Below are positions 1-11,500 of a stretch of 64,000 nucleotides of DNA, piece by piece. This stretch comes from Terriglobia bacterium (GTDB lineage: Bacteria; Acidobacteriota; Polarisedimenticolia; Polarisedimenticolales; JAIQFR01). The first letter of the stretch is position 1. Each line of letters begins with the position of its first letter. The position numbers and the translations under genes are program-made. Below the pieces are notes generated by a model. It was not told where the DNA came from, did no database searches, and saw only the letters and a list, made by a program, of their open reading frames with translations. The DNA lies in contig CAVVHE010000008.1 of NCBI GenBank assembly GCA_963748015.1, positions 448,001 through 512,000 of the forward strand, given 5' to 3'.

Positions 1-3000
1 CAGCTGCGCGCACGTAGCCAACAACGCGGCGTGCAACGACGCGAACGTCTGCAACGGCCTCGAGAGCTGCGACCGGCGGTCACCGGGACTGCTACTTGCG
101 AGACGGAAACGTCGCAACGGACTCGAGACCTGCGATCCGGTGGCGGGGCCGCTGGAACACCGCTGACCTGCGACGACGGGTTGTGGTGCAACGGCACCGA
201 GACCTGCGACCCGATCACGGGCTGCCAGTCGGGCACGGGTCCGAACTGCAATGACAGTGTCGATTGCACGACGGACGCCTGTGACGAAGCAGCGGATAGT
301 TGCACGCACGCGGCAAGCAACGCCGCGTGCGATGACGCGAACGTCTGTAACGGGCTCGAGACCTGCGATCAGGTTAGCGGGTGCCAGCCCGGGACGCCGC
401 TCACTTGCGACGACGGGTTGTGGTGCAGCGGCGCCGAGACTTGCGAACCGATCACGGGCTGCCAGCCGGGCACGGCTCCGAATTGCAATGACGGCGTGGC
501 CTGCACGACGGACGCCTGCGATGAAGCGATCGACAGCTGCACGCACGTAGCCAACAACGCGGCGTGCGACGACGCGAACGTCTGCAACGGGCTCGAAACC
601 TGCGACCCGGTCACCGGGTGCCAGCCGGGGACACCGATCACCTGCGACGACGCGAACGTCTGCACGACCGACACCTGCGATCCCATCACGGGGTGCGGGC
701 ATGTTAACAACATGGCGCCTTGTAACGATGGGATCTCGTGCACGTCAAACGACGCCTGCGCCGGTGGAGTCTGCTCCGGCCAGGGCAATTGCCCGGCGGG
801 ACAGCACTGCGACACCAACTTGAACACGTGCACGGCGGACTCGAGCACGGTGTTGCTCCCGAATGACGTTCGGAGCTGCCAGGGCTCGCGCGTGATGGTG
901 CCCGTGACGGTCGACCCGGTGTCCGGGGCGTTGGCGATGGATCTCGCCTTCACCTTCGACCCGGCGGTGCTTCGCGCGGTCGAGGTGCAGAAGAGCTCTC
1001 TCACGGCGGAGATGAGCTTGACCTACAACCTCGCGATGCCCGGCAAGGTGGATATCTCGCTCTTCGGGCCGGACCCGCTGTCGGGTGGCGGAGCGGTGGC
1101 CTGGGTCGTCTTCGAGGCGATCGGCGCGACGGGCTCGTCCACCGCGCTGCACTGGATCGAGCATCGGATCAACGAAGACGAGATCCCGACCACGGCCGAC
1201 GACGGCAGCGTGAGCGTAACGGCCGGGCAGGTCTCGCTGAGTCTCCCGAAGGACGTGGTCGGAGTGCCCGGCGGGCACGTCGTCGTGCCGGTCACCTCCA
1301 CGCCGAGAGCAGGGATCGGTATCGATCTGACGGTTCGTTTCGACGCGGCCGTCCTGCAGGTCGCCGGAGTGACGAAGGCAACAGGGATCCCGACCGGCTT
1401 TGTCCTGAATTACAGCACGGCAACGCCTGGCGAAGTGAGAATCTCGCTGTTCGGAACGGTGTCCCTCACGGGCAGCGGTCCGATCGTCAACATCGACTTC
1501 CTGGTGCTGGGAAGCATCGGCGACTCGAGCGCCCTGGATCTCGCCAGGGGCATGATCGACGAGGGCTCGATCGCGACATGTCTTTCCGACGGGCTGCTCG
1601 GCGTCTGCGCGACCAACTGTAGCGACGGCAACGCCTGCAACGGGAGCGAGATCTGCTCGGCAGGGGAGTGCGTGCCGGGGTCGCCGCCGGCCTGCGACGA
1701 CGGCAACGTCTGCACCACGGACAGCTGCAACCCGGCGACGGGGTGCGTCTACGCGAACAACACGGCCCCGTGCGATGACGGCAACGCTTGCACGACGAAC
1801 GACACCTGCTCCGGCGGCAGCTGCCAGGGCGGCGCGGCGGTGGTGTGCAGCGACGGGAACGTTTGCACGGACGATAGCTGCAACCCGGCGACAGGGTGCG
1901 TCTACACGAACAACACGGCCCCGTGCAACGACGGGAACGCCTGCACGACCAGCGACACCTGTTCCGGCGGCACCTGCACCGGCGGGACCGCCCTGGTCTG
2001 CAATGACGGAAACGTTTGCACGGACGACAGCTGCAACCCGGCGACGGGGTGCGTCTACACGAACAACGCGGCACCCTGCAGCGACGGGAACCCCTGTACG
2101 ACAGGCGACACCTGCTCCGGTGGCACCTGCGTCGGCGGAGCGGCTCTGGTCTGCAACGACGGCAACGTCTGCACGGACGACAGCTGCAGCCCGGCGACGG
2201 GTTGCGTCTACACCAATAACGCGGCGCCGTGCGAGGACGGTAGCACTTGCACGACGGGCGACAGTTGCTCCAATGGTACCTGCCAGCCGGGCGCGGGGCT
2301 CATCTGCAACGACGGGAATCCGTGCACCGACGACGGTTGCAGCCCGGCGACCGGATGTGTCTACACCAACAACACGGCGCCCTGCAGCGATGGAAACGCC
2401 TGTACAACGGGCGACACGTGCGGCGGCGGGTCCTGCCAGCCCGGTACGACGGTGGTCTGCAACGATGGGAACGTCTGCACGGACGACAGCTGTAACCCGG
2501 CGACGGGGTGCGTCTACACGGGCAACACGGCGCCGTGCAACGACGGGAACAGCTGTACGACCGACGACACCTGTTCCGGTGGAAGTTGCCAGGGCGGGAC
2601 GGCCCTGGTGTGCAACGACGGGAACGTCTGCACGGACGACAGCTGCAACCCGGCCACGGGCTGCGTCCACACGAACAACACCGCGCCGTGCGACGACGGC
2701 AACCCCTGCACGACCAACGACACCTGCTCCACCGGCACCTGCGTCGGCGGAACCGCAGTGGTCTGCAACGACGGCAATGCGTGCACGGACGACACCTGCA
2801 ATCCGGCTTCGGGATGCGTCTACACTCCGGACGACACGAACGGCTGTTCGGACGGCAGCACGTGCAACGGCTCGGAAACCTGCCATTCCGGGACTTGCCA
2901 GCCCGGCACGCCGGTGAACTGCTCCGGCCTCAACGGGCAGTGCGTTGTCGGTGTCTGCGTCGAGCCGGCGGGCACGTGTCAGGCGCAACCCGCGAACGAA

Positions 3001-5451
3001 GGCGGGAGCTGCAACGACGGGATCGCCTGCACCGGAAATGACCGGTGCACGGCGGGCGCGTGCGCGGGCGAGCCGAACTGCCCGACCGGGCAGCACTGCG
3101 ACCAGAGCCTGAACACCTGCGTGGCGGACGCCAGTACGGTCTCGCTGCCCGACGACATCCGGGCCTGCCCGGACTCGCGGGTGATCGTCCCCGTGACGGT
3201 GAGCCCGGCGACGGGCGTCCTCGCGATGGATCTCGCGTTCACTTACGATCCGGCGGTTCTCCGGGCCGTCGAAGTCCAGCAGACCTCCTTCACCGCGGCC
3301 ATGAGCCTGACGTACAACCTCGCGCTGCCCGGCAAGGTGGACATTTCCCTCTTCGGCTCGAGCCCTCTTTCGGGCAGCGGTACGGTCGCGTGGGTGGTGT
3401 TCGACGCGATCGGCGCCGTGGGCTCGACGACGGCGCTTCACTGGGTCGAGCACCAGCTCAACGAGAACGAGGTACCCAGCGCCGCGGACGACGGAAGCGC
3501 GAGCGTCGTCGCGGCCCAGGTGTCTCTGAGCGTCCCGACCGACGTAGTCGGGGTGCCCGGATCTCACGTCATCGTGCCAGTTAGTTCCACGCCTAGAGCA
3601 GGGATCGGCATCGATCTGACGGTTCAGTTCGACGCGGCCGTCCTGCAGGTCGCCGGTGTGACCAAGGCGGCGGGAATTCCGGGCACCTTCACCCTGAACT
3701 ACAACTCGGCAACGCCTGGCGAGGTGAGGATCTCGCTGTTCGGGACGGTGCCGCTCACGGGCAGCGGTCCGATCGTCAATATCGACTTCTTGGTGATCGG
3801 CAGCGTCGGAGCGTCCAGTCCGCTGCACCTGTCGCGGGGCCTCATCGACGAAGGCGCGATCGCGACTTGCCTCGCGGACGGCCGCGTGAACCTCTGCGCG
3901 ACGACCTGCGACGACGGGAACGCCTGCACGAGCGACAGCTGCTCGGCGGGAGTCTGCGAGCACGTGGCGAGAGTCGGTGCGACGTGTGACGACGGGAACG
4001 TCTGCACGACGGCGGATACGTGCGATGCCGCCGGCCAGTGCGTCGGCGGTACGGCGCTGGTCTGTAACGACGGGAACGCCTGCACGGATGACAGCTGCAA
4101 CCCGGCTAGCGGGTGCGTCTACACGAACAATACCTCGCCGTGCGACGACGGTAACGCCTGCACGACCAACGACGCCTGCTCCGGTGGGACCTGCACGGGC
4201 GGCACGGCGCTGGTCTGTGACGACGGGAACGTCTGCACGGACGACAGCTGCAACCCGGCGACGGGGTGCGTGTACGCGAACAACACGGCACCGTGCAGCG
4301 ACGGGAGCGCCTGCACGACCGACGACACCTGCTCGGGCGGCACGTGCGTCGGGGGCACGGCTCTGGTCTGTAACGACGGGAACGTCTGCACGGACGACAG
4401 TTGCAACCCGGCCACGGGCTGCGTCTACACGAACAACACGGCACCGTGCAGCGACGGTAACGCCTGCACGACGAACGACACCTGCTCCGGCGGCACGTGC
4501 GTCGGCGGTACGGCGCTGGTCTGTAACGACGGGAACGCCTGCACGGATGACAGCTGCAACCCGGCTAGCGGGTGCGTCTACACGAACAATACCTCGCCGT
4601 GCGACGACGGTAACGCCTGCACGACCAACGACGCCTGCTCCGGTGGGACCTGCACGGGCGGTACGGCGCTGGTCTGTGACGACGGGAACGTCTGCACGGA
4701 CGACAGCTGTAACCCGGCGACGGGGTGCGTCTACACGAACAACACGGCTCCTTGCGACGACGGCACGGTGTGCAACGGCCACGAGGTGTGCGGTGGCGGG
4801 ACGTGCCAGGCCGGGACGGCGCTGGTCTGCAACGACGGGCTGTACTGCAACGGTGTCGAGACGTGCGATCCGAGCCTGGGCTGCGGGCCCGGGACGCCGG
4901 TCAACTGCGACGACGGCGTGGCCTGCACGTTGGACGCCTGCAACGAAACGACGGATAGTTGCACGCACACGCCGCAGAACGCGCTCTGCAACGACGGCAA
5001 CCCGTGCACCGACGACAGCTGCGATGCGCAGCTCGGGTGCGTCGCCGTCAACGACGACACGAACGCCTGCAACGACGGCAACGTGTGCACGGAGAGCGAC
5101 CACTGCGAGTCCGGAGTGTGCGTCGGCACGCCGGTGCCCGTACCCGCCGAAGTTCTGGATCTCATGCTGACCGGGAAGTCGGCGACGGCGCTGACGTGGG
5201 GTGATCAGGGCGGCGTGCACTACGACGTCGCCGCCGGCGCAGTCGGCGACCTGGTTGCGGACGACGGTGTCGGTGCGGCGGCCTGTCTCGCCGACAACGC
5301 CTCTATCTCGGCCTGGATCGATGCGAGGCCGGCACCGTCGGCGGGCGAGGGCTACTACTACCTGGTTCGCGCGCAGAACGCTTGCCAGCCGGGGACTTGG
5401 GGTTACGGCAGTAACGGTACGGAGCGGACACCCACGAATGCGTGTCCGTAG
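1..5451 (+). CDS. Giant Cys-rich repeat protein with four cohesin-like domains (scaffoldin-like); 5'-truncated, with a garbled frame at ~70-155
   Basis: Tandem CxDGNxCTxDxC repeats. Two near-identical pairs of cohesin-like beta domains (~845-1615 and ~3135-3895; VPVTV...AMDLAFTFDPAVL...GKVDISLFG...LSGGG..AWVVF...DGSVSV). C-terminal domain ...GEGYYYLVRAQNAC...ACP. Bases 2-70 encode repeat sequence (SCAHVANNAACNDANVCNGLESCD) in another frame, so the gene starts upstream of the window. Confidence 0.85.
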   Translation, partial: QLRARSQQRGVQRRERLQRPRELRPAVTGTATCETETSQRTRDLRSGGGAAGTPLTCDDGLWCNGTETCDPITGCQSGTGPNCNDSVDCTTDACDEAADSCTHAASNAACDDANVCNGLETCDQVSGCQPGTPLTCDDGLWCSGAETCEPITGCQPGTAPNCNDGVACTTDACDEAIDSCTHVANNAACDDANVCNGLETCDPVTGCQPGTPITCDDANVCTTDTCDPITGCGHVNNMAPCNDGISCTSNDACAGGVCSGQGNCPAGQHCDTNLNTCTADSSTVLLPNDVRSCQGSRVMVPVTVDPVSGALAMDLAFTFDPAVLRAVEVQKSSLTAEMSLTYNLAMPGKVDISLFGPDPLSGGGAVAWVVFEAIGATGSSTALHWIEHRINEDEIPTTADDGSVSVTAGQVSLSLPKDVVGVPGGHVVVPVTSTPRAGIGIDLTVRFDAAVLQVAGVTKATGIPTGFVLNYSTATPGEVRISLFGTVSLTGSGPIVNIDFLVLGSIGDSSALDLARGMIDEGSIATCLSDGLLGVCATNCSDGNACNGSEICSAGECVPGSPPACDDGNVCTTDSCNPATGCVYANNTAPCDDGNACTTNDTCSGGSCQGGAAVVCSDGNVCTDDSCNPATGCVYTNNTAPCNDGNACTTSDTCSGGTCTGGTALVCNDGNVCTDDSCNPATGCVYTNNAAPCSDGNPCTTGDTCSGGTCVGGAALVCNDGNVCTDDSCSPATGCVYTNNAAPCEDGSTCTTGDSCSNGTCQPGAGLICNDGNPCTDDGCSPATGCVYTNNTAPCSDGNACTTGDTCGGGSCQPGTTVVCNDGNVCTDDSCNPATGCVYTGNTAPCNDGNSCTTDDTCSGGSCQGGTALVCNDGNVCTDDSCNPATGCVHTNNTAPCDDGNPCTTNDTCSTGTCVGGTAVVCNDGNACTDDTCNPASGCVYTPDDTNGCSDGSTCNGSETCHSGTCQPGTPVNCSGLNGQCVVGVCVEPAGTCQAQPANEGGSCNDGIACTGNDRCTAGACAGEPNCPTGQHCDQSLNTCVADASTVSLPDDIRACPDSRVIVPVTVSPATGVLAMDLAFTYDPAVLRAVEVQQTSFTAAMSLTYNLALPGKVDISLFGSSPLSGSGTVAWVVFDAIGAVGSTTALHWVEHQLNENEVPSAADDGSASVVAAQVSLSVPTDVVGVPGSHVIVPVSSTPRAGIGIDLTVQFDAAVLQVAGVTKAAGIPGTFTLNYNSATPGEVRISLFGTVPLTGSGPIVNIDFLVIGSVGASSPLHLSRGLIDEGAIATCLADGRVNLCATTCDDGNACTSDSCSAGVCEHVARVGATCDDGNVCTTADTCDAAGQCVGGTALVCNDGNACTDDSCNPASGCVYTNNTSPCDDGNACTTNDACSGGTCTGGTALVCDDGNVCTDDSCNPATGCVYANNTAPCSDGSACTTDDTCSGGTCVGGTALVCNDGNVCTDDSCNPATGCVYTNNTAPCSDGNACTTNDTCSGGTCVGGTALVCNDGNACTDDSCNPASGCVYTNNTSPCDDGNACTTNDACSGGTCTGGTALVCDDGNVCTDDSCNPATGCVYTNNTAPCDDGTVCNGHEVCGGGTCQAGTALVCNDGLYCNGVETCDPSLGCGPGTPVNCDDGVACTLDACNETTDSCTHTPQNALCNDGNPCTDDSCDAQLGCVAVNDDTNACNDGNVCTESDHCESGVCVGTPVPVPAEVLDLMLTGKSATALTWGDQGGVHYDVAAGAVGDLVADDGVGAAACLADNASISAWIDARPAPSAGEGYYYLVRAQNACQPGTWGYGSNGTERTPTNACP
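1690..2830 (+). repeat. Intragenic tandem 153-bp (51-aa, 8-Cys) repeat array
   Basis: Unit CNDGNVCTDDSCNPATGCVYTNNTAPCNDGNACTTSDTCSGGTCTGGTALV is repeated about 7 times. Confidence 0.85.
4040..4770 (+). repeat. Second 153-bp repeat array with a recent near-perfect duplication
   Basis: 4041-4270 is almost identical to 4500-4729 (offset 459 = 3 x 153). Confidence 0.85.
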
Positions 5452-5597
5452 GTCAGGGGGCAAAGCCCTCGAGGCCGTCGCGCTGTCGTGCGGCGGCGGG
5501 AAAGGGCGGGCGGGGAAACGGGATCGCCAGGGCGACGCTTGCGGAGGGCCGGGGCGCCGTCGCGGAAAACGATCCGTGACCGATGGGAGGCCGTGCG

Positions 5598-8500
5598 ATG
5601 AAAGCCTCGATGCTGAGTAGGATCGGGATCTCCGGGATCGTCTTGGCCGCCGCGATGTTCGCGACCGGCGCCGGGGCGCAGGTGGTCATCAACGAGATCC
5701 ACCACACCCCCGTGTCCAGCGGGACGCAAGAGTTCCTGGAATTCTACAACCGCGGCTCGGCCGCGGTGGACGTGAGCGGGTGGTCGATCGCGGACGCCGT
5801 CGTCCTCACGATTCCAACCTCCCCCCCCACGTCGATCCCGGCGGGCGGGTACCTGGTCGTCACCAAGAGCATTTCGGCGCTCTACACCGCCACCGGGTAC
5901 ACGGCTCCCATCCAGTGGACCAGCGGCTCCCTCAGCAGCGGAGAGACGATCACGCTGAGAGACGCCACGCTCGCGACCGTCGACGCGGTCACGTACGCCA
6001 CCACGGCGCCGTGGCCCACCACGGCGAGCACCGGTCCCTCCATCGAGCTGATCAACCCGTCGCTCGACAACGGCGGCGGAGCGTCCTGGCTCGCCTCCGT
6101 CGGCGCCAACGGCACTCCCGGCGCGCGCAACAGCGTGTACCAGGACCTGGTCACGGTGGCGAGCGAGTCGCCCGCGCGGCGCACCTCCGTGACCAGCCTG
6201 CCGTCGGTGTCCGTCACCTTCAGCGAGTCGGTGGCCGGAGTCACGGCCGGGGCGTTGACCGTCAACGCCTCTCCCGCGACGACCTTCGTCTGCACGAGCT
6301 GCTCGGATGGCGCCGGCGCGGGTCCCTATGTCTTCACCGGATACGCGGCGCCGTCCTCGGGGTCGGTGGCGATCGCCGTGGCCGGGGCCGGCATCGTCGC
6401 CGGCAGCAAGCCCTTCCCAGGCGAATCGTGGACGGTCTCGCAGGGGGTAATCGTCGTCATCAACGAGATGCTCTACCACCCGGCGGACAGTGCGGCGCCG
6501 GGTGATGATCCCGAGCGGCTCCAGTTCCTCGAGCTCTACAACGCGGGCGCCTCGACGGTCGACCTGTCCGGCTGGACGACCTTTGGTGTCGTCCACACGA
6601 TCGCGTCCGGCACGACCCTCGACCCCGGCGCGTACCTCGTCCTGGCGAAGGACCCCGCGTTCCTGCAGTCGAAGGTGACGATCCCGGGAGGCGTCCAGGT
6701 CATCCAGTGGACGAGCGGCGACCTCTCCAACAGTGGCGAGCTGGTGTTGCTCAGGGACGCATCGAGCAACGTCATCGACAGCGTCACCTACAGCGACAGC
6801 GGCGAATGGCCCACCGTCGCGGACGGTGACGGCCCCTCGCTCGAGTTGATCCATCCTGAGCTCCCGAACCAATACAGCGCGGCGTGGAGGGCCTCTCTCG
6901 TCACGAACGGTACCCCCGGCGCGCAGAACGGGGTATACGACCCCGATCCGGCGCCGATCGTGTACGGGACCGCGCAGTCGCCGACGAGGCCGACGGGCGG
7001 GCAGGCAGTGACCGTCACGGCCAGCTCGATCGCCCGGGGCGGCTTGGCACCGACGATGACGCTCTACTACCGCCAGGACGCCGATCCGAAGCTCACCTAC
7101 GCATCGACTCCGATGTTCGACGACGGCGCGCACGGCGACGGCGCGGCGGGAGACGGGAAGTTCGGGGTGACGCTCGCGGGGCTTGCCGCGGGCAACCAGC
7201 TCGACTTCTACATCGCGGCCACCGCCGCCGGACGGACCGCGGAGTCGCCCTCGGGTCACGCGGTGCTCAACAAGTACGGCGAGCCCTCGCAGACGTACCT
7301 GACAGCCTTCTCGAACGAGGTGCTTCCGACCGACTACCCGGTTTACCAGATCCTCGTGACTCTCTCGAACAAGCACCATCAGGAGGCGCTGACTGGGGAG
7401 CTCGATCGCCGCGAGGAGTTCGATTGCACGTTCATCGACGGCGCGGGAAACCTCTGGTACAACTTGATCGAGAGATACCGCGGGCAGAGCAGCATCCTGA
7501 AATTCCCCAGCTCGTACCGCGTGGATTTCCCGACCGACCGGCCGCTCCAATCCCCCATGGGATTCCCGATCACGGTCCTCCAGCTCAACGCCATGAACCC
7601 CATGAGGCAGTTCCTGGGGTTCGACCTGTTCAACCGCGCGGGCATACCCGCGGCGAAGACGGCCTGGATCCACCTGCGGTATACGGGAATCAACTACGAC
7701 ACGTGCTGCAACGGTCAGAACGGTTATTTCGGCATGCACCTCGCCATCGAGAAGGTGGACGAGGACTTCGTCGCCTCCCAGAGCGGCTTGGTGGTTCCGG
7801 GTCGCGGTCTCGACGTCGCCGGGAACCTCTACCGCGGGCAGAACGACGGGGATTTGCGGTGGGAGGGAACGAACCCGGATACGTACCGGGCCGACGTCAA
7901 CGACCGGAACGGCTACACCAAGGAGAGCAATTCCGGCGCCGACATCTGGGACGACCTTATCGCCCTATGCGATGCGCTCAACAACACGCCGGCGGATCAG
8001 TACGCCGCGCACGTGGCCACCCACATCGACGAGGACAACTGGGCCCGCTTCTTCGCGATCCACAACTTGATGGGGAACAAGGAGGGGGCGATCTACCGGG
8101 ACACCGGCGACGACTTCTTCTTCTATTTCAACCCCCTTCCCGCCGGCGACAACATGAAGATGATCCCGTGGGACACCGACTCGGTCATGCTCTACGACCA
8201 CGAGACGATCTGGCGGACGAACGTCACCGCCGTCCGGAACGTCCTGCGCCACAACGCGTTCGCCCCGATCTTCGTCAAGGCGATCACGGACCTCATGGCG
8301 AACGAGTACTCCCAGGCGACGATGAACGCCGTGATCGACTCGATGCCGAACGGTGTCTTCGCGACGTCGGGCGGAAGCGACTGGGAGCCTTACACCAAGC
8401 AGCAATTCAAGAACTGGATCGCCGCGCAGCTCGCGTCGTTCCAGTCCCAGATCATCGGCGACCTCACGCTGGTCGGCGTTCCGGCGAGCCCGTACACCAA

Positions 8501-11500
8501 CTCGAACCCTGTGATCGCCCTCAACGGCCAGCTCGACCAGGCGGGAACGCACAACGTCACGGTCAACGGGCTGCCGTCGACATTCAGCGTCTATGCCGGC
8601 ACCTGGAGCCACAACTTGACGCTGACCCCGGGGATGAACACCGTCGTCGTCCAGGCCTGGGACCGGACCGGCGCCGAGAAGGACCGGGTCGAGCAGACGG
8701 TCTTCTACAACCCGCCCGGCTCGCAGCAGGTCCTCCTGACGATGCGGGCGCCCAGGCGGATGGTCAACACGAAGACGCTGACGATCGAGGCGAAGATCAC
8801 GGACGCGATCGGACGGCCCGACTACACGAAGTGGGATGTGCTGGGCACCGTCTCGGTCAAGAGGGTTTCCGACGGAACCACGGTGCCGATCACGATGACC
8901 GTCTTCGATCCGCACATTGCGGTGACGAACGGCACGATCCGGTTGGTCAACGGCTGGGGCAGCGTATCGTTCACGCTCGACGCCGGCGCGGCGTTCGGCG
9001 CGGGCGACATCGAGGTCGCGGTATCCTGGAGTGGGCTAACCGACTCGCAGGTCGTGACCGTTCTCGACAATCCGACCTACCGGGCGGTGGCAGGGACGCT
9101 CTCGGGCGCCAATCTCACGTGGGGGCCCGACGAGGTCATCCGGGTGACCGGCAACACCGAGATACCCGGCGGCAGCACCCTGACGATCAACCCTGGGACC
9201 CTGGTGTGGGTGGATACGACGGGGGGCCTCGAAAACGGCACGCTCTTCACGGTCAACGGGAGCGTCCAGGCCGTCGGAACCCGGGACAACCCGATCTTCT
9301 TCTTCTCGGATCGCGGCCCCGCGGCGATGACGCTGACACAGACCGGATCGGCCTCGAACGCCGAGTGCTGGCGCGGCTTCTTCCACTGGGGATCGGGAAC
9401 GTCGCGATACGAGCACGTCTTCCTGACCGGGGCGGGCAACGGCGTCGTCACCGGGCATCCGAGGCCCCCGGTCCTGAGCTTCAACAACTCGCACTCGCTT
9501 CGTCGCCAACCAGAGCGTGTTCGCCGATGACAACGGCATGGTGTTCTCGACGCCCGGCGTCGGCACCTTCACGATCACGGACTGCCTCGTGAACCGGGTC
9601 GGCATCGGCGGCGAGTTCCTGGGCAGCGGCCACACCCTCACGATCAAGAACTCCTGGTGGATCTCGAACGGCTTCGGGCCCGAGGCGAACAACCTCGACG
9701 GCGACCATATCCACATCGACGGGGCCGCCTCCGCCCAGCTGATTCAGGGTTGCGTCTTCAACGACGGCGGCGACGACGCGATCGACCACAACGGCTCGAA
9801 CTTCACGCTGCTGGACTCGATCATCTCCCACACCGACGACAAGGCGATCAGCATGACCGGCGGGCACGCCACGATCCGGAACGTGCTGATGTTCGGTTCG
9901 CCGATGGGGGTGCGGGGCACGGCGTCCACCGAGTACGTGACCATCAACACCGGCTCGCCGCTGGCGACGAACGACGTGATCCAGAAGACGATCGTGTGGC
10001 CGGACACCATCAGCACGTGCTCCGGAACCGTCAGCTACACGGACGTCGGCAACTCAGGCAGTCTCGGGTGCGGAACGGGAAACCTCTCGTCCGATCCGCT
10101 CTTCGTCAGCACTTCTGCGCACGACTTCAACTTGCAGACGGGTTCGCCGGCGCTCACGGCGGGACCGGGGGGTACCCGGATCGGGTGGCTCGGATTCCCG
10201 TCGGGAGCCGTCTGCGCGACAACCGCCGACTGCAACGACAACAATCCGTGCACGTTCGACAACTGCGAGGCGGACAAGACCTGCTCGTTCGCTCCGATCG
10301 CGGGCTGCAGGACGTGCGCCGCCTCGGCGGAGTGCGACGACGGCAACCCGTGCACGGTCGACACCTGCGGCGGGGGCGGCGCCTGTTCCTGGGTCGCCGG
10401 GAACGACGGGGTGTCGTGCGACGACGGCAAGTCCTGCACGTCATCCGACGTCTGTACCGCAGGCGTCTGCGCGGGGACCCAGCTTTGCCCGATCGGTCAG
10501 AGTTGCAACCTGGCCGGCGTGTGCTCGTCGGAGCCCGTCACCCTCACGTTCCAGCAGGGTGATGCTAACGGGTACTCGGGCACGGCGGACACGTACATCG
10601 ATACTGCCCTCGGGAGCCAGGCGACCACGACGCCGATCGTCGTGGACAGCAGCCCCGTGGAGCACGTCCTCCTGCGTTTCGACGGGATCTTCGGGTCGGG
10701 AGCCAACCAGATCCCGCAGGGCTCGACCGTCGAATCGGCCACGCTGACGCTCCGGGTGGGAAGCGGCGCCAACGACCAGAGCGCCAATCCGGTCAATTAC
10801 CACAGGCTGCTCCACCCCTGGGTGGACACCGGGGTCTGGGCGGCGTACGGCGTCTCGCCCTGGAACGCCACGGGTGGGATCCAGGCGGACGGCGTGGACG
10901 CCGAGGCGACCGCCGAGGCGACGGCGACCATGACCACGGCGGACACGGCGTACCCCGTGAGCGTCACGGGGAGCGTTCGGGCCTGGGCGAGCGTTCCGAC
11001 GAGCAACTACGGATGGGCGATCCTCCCGACGGGAACGGACGGGCTCCGGCTGAATTCCGCGGAGGCGACCACCGTCGCCTACCGGCCGATGCTGTCGGTC
11101 ACCTTCACGGCGCCCGTGACCGGCTGCACCGATGCGTCGCAATGCCAGGACGGCCTCTTCTGCAACGGTGCAGAGCTCTGCGTGACCGGGACCTGCGTCC
11201 CCGGGACGGCGCCGTCGTGCGACGACGGGGTCGCCTGCACGGTGGACGCCTGCAACGAGGCGATCGACGCCTGCGACCACGCGCCGTCGAGCGCGCTGTG
11301 CGACGACGCGAATGTGTGCACGGACGACGTGTGCAACGCGGTGACGGGCTGCGCCCACACCAACAACTCGATCGCGTGCGACGACGGCAACGCCTGCACG
11401 ACGAACGACGCGTGCGCCGGCGGGGTGTGCGCGTCCGCCGAGCCGACGAACTGCGACGACGGCATCGCGTGCACGACGGACAGCTGCGTTCCCGCGACCG

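Noticed and set aside
1690..4770. Regular repeats as a possible CRISPR array or DGR template
   Set aside because: They are in-frame coding repeats with synonymous variation. There are no unique spacers, cas genes or reverse transcriptase.
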